Program-made: the position numbers and the translations under genes
Shown here: piece by piece, positions 8,680 through 16,819 of the stretch
Layout: each line of letters begins with the position of its first letter
Position numbering within the stretch: the first letter of the stretch is position 1
The notes under the pieces: generated by a model
The model's input: only the letters and a program-made list of their open reading frames with translations
Databases searched by the model: none
Told to the model about the DNA's origin: nothing
Assembly: GCA_040005235.1 (NCBI GenBank)
Contig: JBDTZG010000086.1
Coordinates: 1 to 18,394, forward strand
Length of the DNA: 18,394 nucleotides
Direction: 5' to 3'
Source of the DNA: Acidobacteriota bacterium
Lineage (GTDB): Bacteria > Acidobacteriota > Thermoanaerobaculia > Multivoradales > UBA5704

Positions 8680-10509
8680 ATGCCCCGCCAAGCCGCGAAT
8701 CGATCTCTGTTGTTCGCCGTTCTCCTCCTGGCCTTCCTGGGCTCCGGCGTCCAAGCCGCGGGTTCGGAGGCCTCCGCCCGGGAGAGCAAGAAACTCCACC
8801 GCCTGCTGGACGAAGGCTGGGACGCGAAGCTGCGCGATCATCCGGAGTTTGCGACGTACATCGGTTTTCCGGGGCACAACCATTTGTGGACGGATCTCTC
8901 GGCGGCGGGCATCGAGAGGCGGCAGGCTTCGACGCGGACGCAGCGGGTTGCCGTTCGGTCGATCGACCGTTCTTTGTTGGCCGCGGACGATCAGGTCGAT
9001 CTCGATCTCTATCTTCGCCGCTTGGAGGGCCAGGTCGAAGGTTTCGCGTTCCCGGAAGAGGAAGTGACGATCACCCGCTACGGCGGCGTCCAGCAGGACG
9101 TTCCGTTCGCGTTGGGGCGAGCGCCCGCCCGGTCGAGCCGGGATTACGACGATTTGATCGCCCGGTTGAACGGCGTCGCGGCACTCGTCGAGCAGAATCT
9201 GGTTCTGTTGAGAAGAGGGCTCGCGGCGGGGGTGACTTCACCGAAGAGTTTGATGCAGGGTGTGCCCGAGCAGGTTCGCGCGCTCACTCCCGACGATCCG
9301 TGGAAAAGTCCGTTGCTTGCACCGTTCCGCCAGATCGGGAGCCAGACGGGAAGCCAGATCGACGACGAGGAGGCGCCGCGGATCAAAAGCGCGGCGCTCC
9401 ACGCCTATGAGACCCAGGCCGCTCCGGCGTTTCGCAAGCTTTTCGACTACCTCAGGACGACCTACATTCCGGCGGCGCGCGAGAGCTTGGGGCTGGGGGC
9501 GCTGCCCGACGGTGCCGCCTGGTACGCCTATCGGTTGAGGAAAGCGACGACCACGGATTTGACTCCCGAGCAGGTACACGAGATCGGCCTCGCGGAAGTT
9601 CGGCGCATTCGGGCCGAGATGGAGAAGATCAAGACCGCTACCGGTTTTGCCGGCAGCCTTCCGGAATTTGTGCGGTTTCTGCGCACCGATCCGCGTTTTC
9701 TTTGTACCAAGCCGGAAGATCTTCTCGAAGGCTACCGCGCGATTGGCCGGGAGGTCGAAACTCGGCTGCCGACGCTGTTCGGCAACATTCCCAAATTGCC
9801 ATTGCGGATCGTCGCGATCCCTGCCGGCGAGGCGGCGGGAAAATCGACGATCTATTACGACATCGGTTCCGTAGCGCGTGATGCGGCAGGGACCTGCTAC
9901 GTCAACACCTCCGACCTGGGGTTGCGCCCGAAGTGGGAGATGACGGCGCTTTATCTTCACGAGTGCATGCCCGGCCATCATCTTCAAGTGACGATCGCGC
10001 AGTCGATCCGCAAAGCGCCGCGGGTGCTCAATTACCACGACTACACGCCGTTCGTCGAAGGCTGGGGCGTCTATGCCGAAACCCTGGGCGACGACTTAGG
10101 ATTGTACAAAGACCTCTATGTAAAGTTCGGCCAGCTTTCCTCCGAGCTATGGCGCGCGATGCGGGTCGCGGTAGACACCGGAATTCATGCGAAAGGCTGG
10201 AGCCGCGAGCAGGCGGTCGAATTCTTCCGCGAAAACACGGGCCAGGACGACCGCGCGATCGAGATCGAAATTGAGCGCTATCTGAACGATCCGGGGCTCG
10301 GCGCCGCCTACACGATGGGTGAGCTGAAGTTCAGGGAGCTGCGCGCCGAAGCGCAGAATTTGCTGGGACCGGCGTTCGACTTACCGGCGTTTCACGACGA
10401 GGTGCTGCGCCATGGGGCACTGCCGTTGGACGTCTTGGAGGGGAATCTCAAGCGTTGGGAAAAAGCGCAAACGGGGGCGCCGAATCGTGCTCCGGCGCCC
10501 AAGGATTGA
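8680..10509 (+). CDS. Secreted DUF885 family protein (putative metallopeptidase-like fold)
   Basis: Signal-peptide-like MPRQAANRSLLFAVLLLAFLGSGVQA; motifs GLGALPDGAAWY, TTTDLTPEQVHEIGLAEV, HECMPGHHLQ, FVEGWGVYAE, VDTGIHAKGWSREQA, EIERY, FHDEVLRHGALPL. ATG 8680 preferred because TTG 8593 lies inside the upstream terminator loop. Confidence 0.88.
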   Translation: MPRQAANRSLLFAVLLLAFLGSGVQAAGSEASARESKKLHRLLDEGWDAKLRDHPEFATYIGFPGHNHLWTDLSAAGIERRQASTRTQRVAVRSIDRSLLAADDQVDLDLYLRRLEGQVEGFAFPEEEVTITRYGGVQQDVPFALGRAPARSSRDYDDLIARLNGVAALVEQNLVLLRRGLAAGVTSPKSLMQGVPEQVRALTPDDPWKSPLLAPFRQIGSQTGSQIDDEEAPRIKSAALHAYETQAAPAFRKLFDYLRTTYIPAARESLGLGALPDGAAWYAYRLRKATTTDLTPEQVHEIGLAEVRRIRAEMEKIKTATGFAGSLPEFVRFLRTDPRFLCTKPEDLLEGYRAIGREVETRLPTLFGNIPKLPLRIVAIPAGEAAGKSTIYYDIGSVARDAAGTCYVNTSDLGLRPKWEMTALYLHECMPGHHLQVTIAQSIRKAPRVLNYHDYTPFVEGWGVYAETLGDDLGLYKDLYVKFGQLSSELWRAMRVAVDTGIHAKGWSREQAVEFFRENTGQDDRAIEIEIERYLNDPGLGAAYTMGELKFRELRAEAQNLLGPAFDLPAFHDEVLRHGALPLDVLEGNLKRWEKAQTGAPNRAPAPKD

Positions 10510-10593
10510 AACGACTCCTACCTACATTTGCCGTTGTGGTCGGGTGGTCTCGCCGGTCGCGTGGTAGCCTTCGCCATCTCAAAAGGAGATCTC

Positions 10594-10752
10594 ATGGAAA
10601 CCAAAACCAAAGCTGATCGTGCCGAGAAGGTTCAGACGATCGAACCGGCCGCCATCGCCCGGCTGCTCGGCGTTGTGCAGGGCGGTAAGCGGATTGAAGG
10701 GACCGGCATCGTGATCCCGCAGGGTCCGCTCGCCGCGTACCACCACTCCTGA
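10594..10752 (+). CDS. 52-aa peptide, putative RiPP precursor with double-glycine-type leader
   Basis: Strong RBS AAAGGAG (10582-10588) before ATG 10594. Sequence METKTKADRAEKVQTIEPAAIARLLGVVQGG|KRIEGTGIVIPQGPLAAYHHS with LxxVxGG at the putative cleavage site. Followed by a stem-loop and a glycosyltransferase. Confidence 0.65.
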   Translation: METKTKADRAEKVQTIEPAAIARLLGVVQGGKRIEGTGIVIPQGPLAAYHHS

Positions 10753-10763
10753 ATTCGGATTCA

Positions 10764-10790
10764 GCCCACTCCCGGCGCGCCGGGGTGGGC
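10764..10790 (+). promoter_or_regulatory. GC-rich intercistronic stem-loop between peptide and glycosyltransferase
   Basis: GCCCAC-t-CCCGG-cgcg-CCGGG-GTGGGC, followed by only a short GCTTTC tail; the GT ATG is 11 nt downstream. Confidence 0.65.
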
Positions 10791-10801
10791 GCTTTCGCCG
10801 C

Positions 10802-12001
10802 ATGCTGCTCTCCGTCTGCCTGATCGCCAAGAACGAGGAGCGCTTTCTGGCCGGCGCGTTGGATTCGGTGTGCGAGGTGGCCGACGAGATCGTCCTAGTC
10901 GACACCGGGTCCTCCGATCGCACGGTGGAAATCGCCTTCGAGTACGGCTGCCGGGTCCTCCACGAACCCTGGCGCGACGATTATTCAGCGGCGAGAAACG
11001 TCGGGATCGAGGCCGCCCGAGGCCGCTTCCTCCTCTGCCTCGACGCCGACGAGCGCCTGATCCATCCGGAGGGGCTGCGCGAAGCGCTTGAGGCCGCACC
11101 GCCCGGGATCGGCGGTTTTTTCCTCGAACGTCACGATCGGGTGGTTCGCCCCGGGGACGGCGAGCCCGACGTCTATCCGATCGGCATGCTTCGATTGTTC
11201 CGGAACCATCCGGAAATCCGCTACGAAGGGATCGTCCACGAGCGACCGAACGACGCGGTGCTCCGCGCGGGTTTCGCGGTTGGCGCCTTGGCTCCCGTTC
11301 ATTTGATCCATCTCGTGAGCGATCTTCCGTACGAGCGCCTGGCGGAAAAGCAGCAACGCTATCTGCGCCTGCTGGATCTTGCCCTGGCTCGCGATCCGAA
11401 CGATTTCTGGTCGCGCTACTACCGGGGCAAGACCGTCTGGTTTCTGGAGCGCCGCGACGAAGCGCGGGCGATTTTTCGGGCGATGGCCGAGAGCCTGGAT
11501 TGCCCGCCGCCGCTCCGCGCTTCGGCGCTCGCGATGATCGCAACGCTACTGGCCGAAGCGGGCGAACGGGTTGCCGCGGTCAGCTATCTCGAAGAGAGCC
11601 TCGCGCTCGTTCCCGGCGCTTCGCTGCCGCTTTACGTGCTCGCCGAAACCCTCTACGCCGACGGCTGGTACGCGGCGGCCCGAGAGGCGTACGGCCGGGT
11701 GCGGCGAAGCCTGGATCCGGCGGCCGGACCGCCCGCGGTGCCTGGAGATCTTTGCCTGACACCCGGAAAACGTGCTTACAAGCTCGGCTGTTGCTATTTG
11801 GCGGAAGGCGACCTCGCGGGCGCCGAGCGCGAATTCCATCAGGGTCTCGTCGCCGAGCCCGACCATCACGGCTGCCTCTACGGTCTGGCCCGCGCGGCCC
11901 TCGCCGGGGGAGACCGGGCAGAGGCCGTCGAGAACTTGCGCCGGGCGGTTGCGGCGGCACCGACTTGGCGGGTGCCGCGGGAGCTGCTGGCCCAATTTTA
12001 A
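10802..12001 (+). CDS. GT2 family glycosyltransferase with C-terminal TPR repeats (SunS-like architecture)
   Basis: LSVCLIAKNEE, DEIVLVDTGSSDRT, DDYSAARN, DxD motif LDADE, RLFRN...YEGIVHE; Ala/Leu-rich TPR-like helices in the C-terminal half (e.g. YKLGCCYLAEGDLAGAEREFHQGLVAEPDH). Confidence 0.88.
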   Translation: MLLSVCLIAKNEERFLAGALDSVCEVADEIVLVDTGSSDRTVEIAFEYGCRVLHEPWRDDYSAARNVGIEAARGRFLLCLDADERLIHPEGLREALEAAPPGIGGFFLERHDRVVRPGDGEPDVYPIGMLRLFRNHPEIRYEGIVHERPNDAVLRAGFAVGALAPVHLIHLVSDLPYERLAEKQQRYLRLLDLALARDPNDFWSRYYRGKTVWFLERRDEARAIFRAMAESLDCPPPLRASALAMIATLLAEAGERVAAVSYLEESLALVPGASLPLYVLAETLYADGWYAAAREAYGRVRRSLDPAAGPPAVPGDLCLTPGKRAYKLGCCYLAEGDLAGAEREFHQGLVAEPDHHGCLYGLARAALAGGDRAEAVENLRRAVAAAPTWRVPRELLAQF

Positions 12002-12009
12002 GTGTCTAG

Positions 12010-13767
12010 CTATCCCCGGAGCGCGAGCGCGAAGATCCCCGGCAGCTTGGCGACTGAGGGGGCGGCTTCGAAAGCTCCGAGCTTGGACGTCAACCGGTTC
12101 GCGGTTTTGTGGGTGAGGAACCAGACCGGCTTCGGCAGCACCCGGAACGGGGCGCGGAAGACGGTCTTTTCGATCCGCGAAAACATCAGCGTGTTGTGCA
12201 CCCAGCCGGTGCCGGATCGGATGTCGTTCCGCGGGTGGCCGGGGTAGGCGCCCCAGGGGGTGACGATCACGCCGTAGCCGATGGCGGCCCAGTGGTTGAT
12301 CGCCACCGTGCCGTAACGAAGGTCCTCGATCGCCCGCTCGACCGCTTTGCCCACTTGCGCGTCGCGGCGCGAGGCGGGATGGACCAGCAGGGTCACATTG
12401 AGCGTGCCCCAGATCTTGTCGTTGGCAAAACGGGTCGCTGCGGCGACGAACTCTGCCGGGGAGCCGGCCTCTATCGGTGTTTCGCAGGCGAGGCCGCAGA
12501 ACGCCTCCATCTTGAAGCAGAGGTCGTTTTCGTTGGCGGGGGAGACGCCCGAGATGAACCCCCAGGGAAGCTCCTCAGGCCCCGGGCTGCCGAACTGTTC
12601 CATCTCGGGATGCGCGGCGGCGAAGCGGCCGAAACGGTCGGCGGCGCCGGGGTAATACGCTTTGCGCAGGTCGGCTGCTTTGAGCAGTCGGCGGATCTCG
12701 GCGAGCAGTTTTTCGCGCTGCGGCCAGCCGGCCCAGGTGAGGATCACCCGGGTTGCGTTGCAGTTGAAGCCGGCGTTGTTGGTGAACTGAGTGACCAGGT
12801 TTTCGGCGTGGTAGGCGAGGTCGGAATCGCTCCAGTCGCCCGGGACCACGATCACCGGCGAGACGTTGCCCAGCTCGGAGGAGAACGGCTTCGGGTTGAC
12901 CGGCTCGTCGCGTTCCTTGCGCGCCTGCCCCTCGGGTCCGGTGCCAAAGACGATCGCGTCGTAGGTCTTGTCCGAGCCGGTGATGTGCAGCTCGTCGATG
13001 TCGGGGTGGCTTGCGAGATAGGCGCCCTCGGGCGTTCCGCCGTAGGCGATGCGGAAGAAACCGCCTTTGGCGAGCGGCTCGAAGATTTCGGCGAGGACCG
13101 GCCCTAAGTACTCGTTGACCTGGTGGATCTTGAGCAGGACGACGCGATTCTCGACGAACAGCTTGTAGAGCGTGTCCTGGGGCGCGATCCCTGAGACGTT
13201 GCCGCCGCCGAGCACCAGGCAGACGGCGCCGGGATCTTCGGGGTGGTCGTAGGCGACCGCCTGGGTCGAAGCCAGGTTTTCCGGCGTGACCCCTTTTTCC
13301 ATCCAAACCTCGGCGGAGACGCCGGTGTAGAACAGCCGATCCCAGATGTCTACGGGGAAGACCCGCGCGGATGCCCGTCCGTCGGCAAGGCGCCGCACTC
13401 TGCTGGGGATGCGCGGCTTCCTTCCCGCCGCGAGATCCGCCACCGAGGCCTCGATCAGGCGCAGGTTGCGCAGCATGAAGTAAGGGCCGACCATCGCCTC
13501 TTCGCCCCAGGCCGGGTGACCGGGGGTAAGACCCTCAGCCTCGGTGCAGAGCGCGGCCCACCGGTCGGCGACCGCGAGGGTACGCTTCGTCATCTCGGCG
13601 AGGAGCTTCAACCGCTCGGCGGGAGGCACGGCGATCCAGGCGCGCTTCGCGTTCTGTAGATCGCGCACCGCGGCGTCGATCTCGGCTCGCGGCGTCGGAG
13701 GAATACCAGCCGGTTTCGGGCTCGCGGAGGTCGTGGCGGGCGAAGCTTCGATGAGGGTGGATGGCAT
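12010..13767 (-). CDS. Aldehyde dehydrogenase family protein (585 aa)
   Basis: LVLGGGNVS, HITGS, SELGNVSP (general-base Glu), NNAGFNC (catalytic Cys), EAFC, LRYGTVAINHW; AGGAG RBS upstream on the minus strand. Confidence 0.82.
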   Translation of the reverse strand: MPSTLIEASPATTSASPKPAGIPPTPRAEIDAAVRDLQNAKRAWIAVPPAERLKLLAEMTKRTLAVADRWAALCTEAEGLTPGHPAWGEEAMVGPYFMLRNLRLIEASVADLAAGRKPRIPSRVRRLADGRASARVFPVDIWDRLFYTGVSAEVWMEKGVTPENLASTQAVAYDHPEDPGAVCLVLGGGNVSGIAPQDTLYKLFVENRVVLLKIHQVNEYLGPVLAEIFEPLAKGGFFRIAYGGTPEGAYLASHPDIDELHITGSDKTYDAIVFGTGPEGQARKERDEPVNPKPFSSELGNVSPVIVVPGDWSDSDLAYHAENLVTQFTNNAGFNCNATRVILTWAGWPQREKLLAEIRRLLKAADLRKAYYPGAADRFGRFAAAHPEMEQFGSPGPEELPWGFISGVSPANENDLCFKMEAFCGLACETPIEAGSPAEFVAAATRFANDKIWGTLNVTLLVHPASRRDAQVGKAVERAIEDLRYGTVAINHWAAIGYGVIVTPWGAYPGHPRNDIRSGTGWVHNTLMFSRIEKTVFRAPFRVLPKPVWFLTHKTANRLTSKLGAFEAAPSVAKLPGIFALALRG

Positions 13768-13839
13768 CGCGGCGGGCTCCTAAGGCAAGAGGACGCCGCG
13801 ACGTTAGCATGCGATGCCGCAGAGCGGCAAAGGCGGGAC

Positions 13840-13867
13840 CCCTCACCCCCGGGGCTGGGGGTGAGGG
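13840..13867 (-). terminator. Stem-loop just downstream of the DEAD-box helicase stop; likely terminator or REP-like hairpin
   Basis: CCCTCACCCCC-ggggct-GGGGGTGAGGG, 11-bp stem, 7 nt after the stop codon at 13875; only a weak T tract on the minus strand. Confidence 0.55.
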
Positions 13868-13874
13868 TCGTTAT

Positions 13875-15458
13875 CTACCTACGACGGTCGCGCGGCCGAC
13901 CGGGTTCGGACGTACGGGCGGCTTGGCCCGGCTCCGGACGGCGGGGGGCGTCGAGCGAAGCGCCGCGCAGGTGCCACGGCGTGGTGGGGGTGCCGAGCGA
14001 CGCGCGTTCCGGGCTGCGTCCGGGCGACTGCGCCGAGCGACCGGCCGGGGCGGTCGTGGTGCTGTAATTCCGCGGCGCCCTTGCGGGGGAGGCTCCGCGC
14101 GGGGCCTGCCCCTGGCCGGGGCGTCCGCCCTGCGGCCGGCGCGCCTCGCCGGGCCGAGGAGCGCTCGGGCCGCGGCCACCGCTCGGGGCGGCTTGGCCGG
14201 CCTGCCGGGCCGGGGCTCCCGTCGCTTTGCGCTCCGCCTTTTCTTTGGCGCGGGCGCGCTCTTCCGAACGCTGCGAGCGGATCTTCGCGATCCGTTCCGC
14301 GATTGGGATCTCCAGCTTCTCGTTCGCCTTGCGTTCGTAGTCGAAGCCTTCGAGCTTCTTCCGCGGCAGTTTCTTGCCGATCGCGCGTTCGATCGCCGCG
14401 AGCTCCGCCCCTTCGTTGTCGCCGACGAAAGTGAACGCCTCGCCCACCGCTCCAGCGCGGGCCGTCCGGCCGACGCGATGGATGTAGTCCTCGGGGATGT
14501 TCGGGACGTCCAGGTTGATCACGTGCGACAGCAGCTCGACGTCGATCCCGCGGGCGGCGATGTCGGTTGCGACCAATACGCGATCCTTTCCTTCCTTGAA
14601 GCGGGAAAGGGCGAGCGTCCGCTGCGCCTGGCTTCGGTTGCCGTGAATCCGCTCGCACGGCACGCCGTGGCGGTTCAGGTAATCGGCCAGCCGGTTCGCG
14701 CGGTGCTTGGTCCGGGTGAAAACGAGCGCGCTCTTGATCTCGTCGCGCTGGAGCATTTCGAGCAGCAGCGCGGATTTCAGATCGTCGCGCACGGGGAACA
14801 GCGTCTGGGTCACCCCTTCGGCCGGCGCGGCTTTCCGCTCGACGTTGACCATCGCGGGTGAGGAGAGCAGCTCGCGCGACAGGACGACGATCGGCTGCGG
14901 CATGGTGGCCGAGAAGAACAGCGTCTGGCGCGGCGTGTTCGGCAGGTGCTTCAAGACGCGGCGGATGTCCGGCAGGAAGCCCATGTCGAGCATCCGGTCG
15001 GCCTCGTCGAGGATCAGAATCTCGATCCCCGGCAGTTTCGCGTACGGATACTGGAAGTGATCGAGCAGGCGTCCGGGGGTCGCGATCAGGACGTCGACGC
15101 CGGTGCGGAAAGCCCGCTCCTGCGGACCCATCGCGACGCCGCCGAAAACGGCCGCGCTCTTCAGGTTGGTGTGCGCGCCGAGCGCGCGGGTGTTCTCTTC
15201 GATCTGAGCGGCCAGCTCCCGGGTGGGGGTGAGGACCAGGACCCGCGTCACGCCGCGGCTCTTGCCGAGCAGGCGATGGAGCGTCGGCAGCACGAACGCT
15301 GCGGTCTTGCCGCTGCCGGTCATCGCGCAGGCGAGCAGGTCGCGTCCCGCGAGAGCGGGGGGAATCGCGTCGAGCTGAATCGGGGTGGGCTGGTCGTAGC
15401 CCATGTCGCGGACGCCCGCGAGCAGAGTGGGGTGAAGGCCGAATTTAGTGAAAGGCAT
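13875..15458 (-). CDS. DEAD-box ATP-dependent RNA helicase (RhlE-like) with disordered R/G/P-rich tail
   Basis: Q motif PTPIQ, AMTGSGKT, PTRELA, TPGRLLDH, DEAD, SAT, VFTRTK, HGNRSQ, ARGID, HRVGRTAR. Confidence 0.93.
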   Translation of the reverse strand: MPFTKFGLHPTLLAGVRDMGYDQPTPIQLDAIPPALAGRDLLACAMTGSGKTAAFVLPTLHRLLGKSRGVTRVLVLTPTRELAAQIEENTRALGAHTNLKSAAVFGGVAMGPQERAFRTGVDVLIATPGRLLDHFQYPYAKLPGIEILILDEADRMLDMGFLPDIRRVLKHLPNTPRQTLFFSATMPQPIVVLSRELLSSPAMVNVERKAAPAEGVTQTLFPVRDDLKSALLLEMLQRDEIKSALVFTRTKHRANRLADYLNRHGVPCERIHGNRSQAQRTLALSRFKEGKDRVLVATDIAARGIDVELLSHVINLDVPNIPEDYIHRVGRTARAGAVGEAFTFVGDNEGAELAAIERAIGKKLPRKKLEGFDYERKANEKLEIPIAERIAKIRSQRSEERARAKEKAERKATGAPARQAGQAAPSGGRGPSAPRPGEARRPQGGRPGQGQAPRGASPARAPRNYSTTTAPAGRSAQSPGRSPERASLGTPTTPWHLRGASLDAPRRPEPGQAARTSEPGRPRDRRR

Positions 15459-15727
15459 TGGAACCTACTTCTTTCTGAGCGCGGTTTCTCGCCGTGCGAG
15501 GTTAAAGCTCGCGCTCAATTGGTTCCGGCGATGCAGGGGGAAAAACGGGGGACTTGCCGGTGAGGCCACCGCTGGGGCCGGGAGGCCCTCGAAATCGGGT
15601 GCTACTCGTCGAGGTTTCGGGAGCCCGTAAATGCAGGGCTGGAAAGCTGACCCGTGAAGCATCTCACAGAACGGGGCGGAGCGCAAATGGCGGGGAACCC
15701 GCGAAGAAGGCGCTGCGCCTGAACGAT

Positions 15728-16672
15728 TTACGGCCGCATCCGGCAATTCACCTGGCGAACCTCCGACAACCCGGTCGAGGCGACGTCCGCCCGGTAGGTC
15801 ACGAACAAGGGCGCTCCGGGAGCAGGCAGCGTCAGGCCCGAGCAGTCGATCGCGTTCGGATCGGACGGGGGCGGTACGCAGGCGCCGAGGTCGGCGGGGC
15901 AGTTGGCGCAGGTCTCGCCCGGATCGCGCCGATGGTTGCCGCAGACGGCAGGCTCGGTGCGGCGCTGCCATTCGGTGACGATCGCCTCGCCGCCGAACGC
16001 CCCGAGGCGGGCCCATTCGATCGCGGTGCTCTCGCAATCCCACCCGCCGGCCTGACCCGTCGAGCCGATGACCGCCGGATCGTTCTGGCAGAAATAGTTG
16101 AGCGCCTGGAGGGCACTACCCCAACGCTCGTTGCTCGGCCCCCGGGTCCAGCCGCCCGCGGGCGTGCCGCACGTGCTGACGCCGAAAGCCTTCGTGTATT
16201 CCTCGCAGACGGCGGTGCTGCTGACGAGGAAGCGCGAACGTAGGCAGGCGGCAAGCTCGGCGCCGTTTTTGCCCCGGCAGGACAAGGCCCACGGGTCGGC
16301 CGAAAGCGAACCGGTCGCGGACTTCTCGGGACCGCCCGGAATCTCGCGATAGAAGACGGTGGTCGTCCGCGGGTTGTAGCCGCTGCCGGTATTTGACGAA
16401 GCGGCGGCGGCCAAGGTGGCCACACTCCCCGGCCTGTTCGGCTTTTCCGGTTCGCACACCCGCGAGATCGCTTCCGCGTAGGCGCAGCGATCCATGCTCC
16501 GCTCAAGGCCCTGCGCGCAACGGGTCGATTCGATCGCGGCTTCAGAGCAACTCAGGTTTTGGGTCGCCTTGGCCGTGCCAACGGTGCCGGGACTCGGGCA
16601 CCCCCAAGTGGGCAGCAGAAGAGCGAGTGTCGCAAGTTGGAGCGCCCGAAGAGACGTTCGAGTGGTTCTCAT
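15728..16672 (-). CDS. Cys-rich hypothetical lipoprotein (314 aa)
   Basis: RBS AAGGAAGGA before ATG 16672; basic N-terminus, hydrophobic stretch and lipobox-like TWG-C25; 16 further Cys; CGNHRRDPGETCANCPADLGAC module. It is the real 3' part of the 746-aa track ORF. Confidence 0.72.
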   Translation of the reverse strand: MRTTRTSLRALQLATLALLLPTWGCPSPGTVGTAKATQNLSCSEAAIESTRCAQGLERSMDRCAYAEAISRVCEPEKPNRPGSVATLAAAASSNTGSGYNPRTTTVFYREIPGGPEKSATGSLSADPWALSCRGKNGAELAACLRSRFLVSSTAVCEEYTKAFGVSTCGTPAGGWTRGPSNERWGSALQALNYFCQNDPAVIGSTGQAGGWDCESTAIEWARLGAFGGEAIVTEWQRRTEPAVCGNHRRDPGETCANCPADLGACVPPPSDPNAIDCSGLTLPAPGAPLFVTYRADVASTGLSEVRQVNCRMRP

Positions 16673-16819
16673 GGGTCCTTCCTTTGAGTGGGCTAGCTTG
16701 CGCAATATATGAGAATTCTGCCTTGTCGTCCGAAGGAATCGCGTCGGCCGACCCGATTTCCCGATCCGGTTGCCCCATCCCCGACGACCGTGCCGCGGTA
16801 GACTCTGCCTAAAGTTCCC

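Noticed and set aside
10528-10593. 74-aa version of the small peptide starting at TTG 10528
   Set aside because: The strong Shine-Dalgarno sits before ATG 10594.
12109-15563. Long plus-strand ORFs (12109-13107, 13761-14861, 14946-15563)
   Set aside because: Antisense shadows of the ALDH and DEAD-box genes, expected in high-GC DNA; no motifs.
16686-16705. Sigma54 promoter near TTGCGCAA in the divergent intergenic region
   Set aside because: GG is not at the required GG-N10-GC spacing; only an 8-bp palindrome remains.
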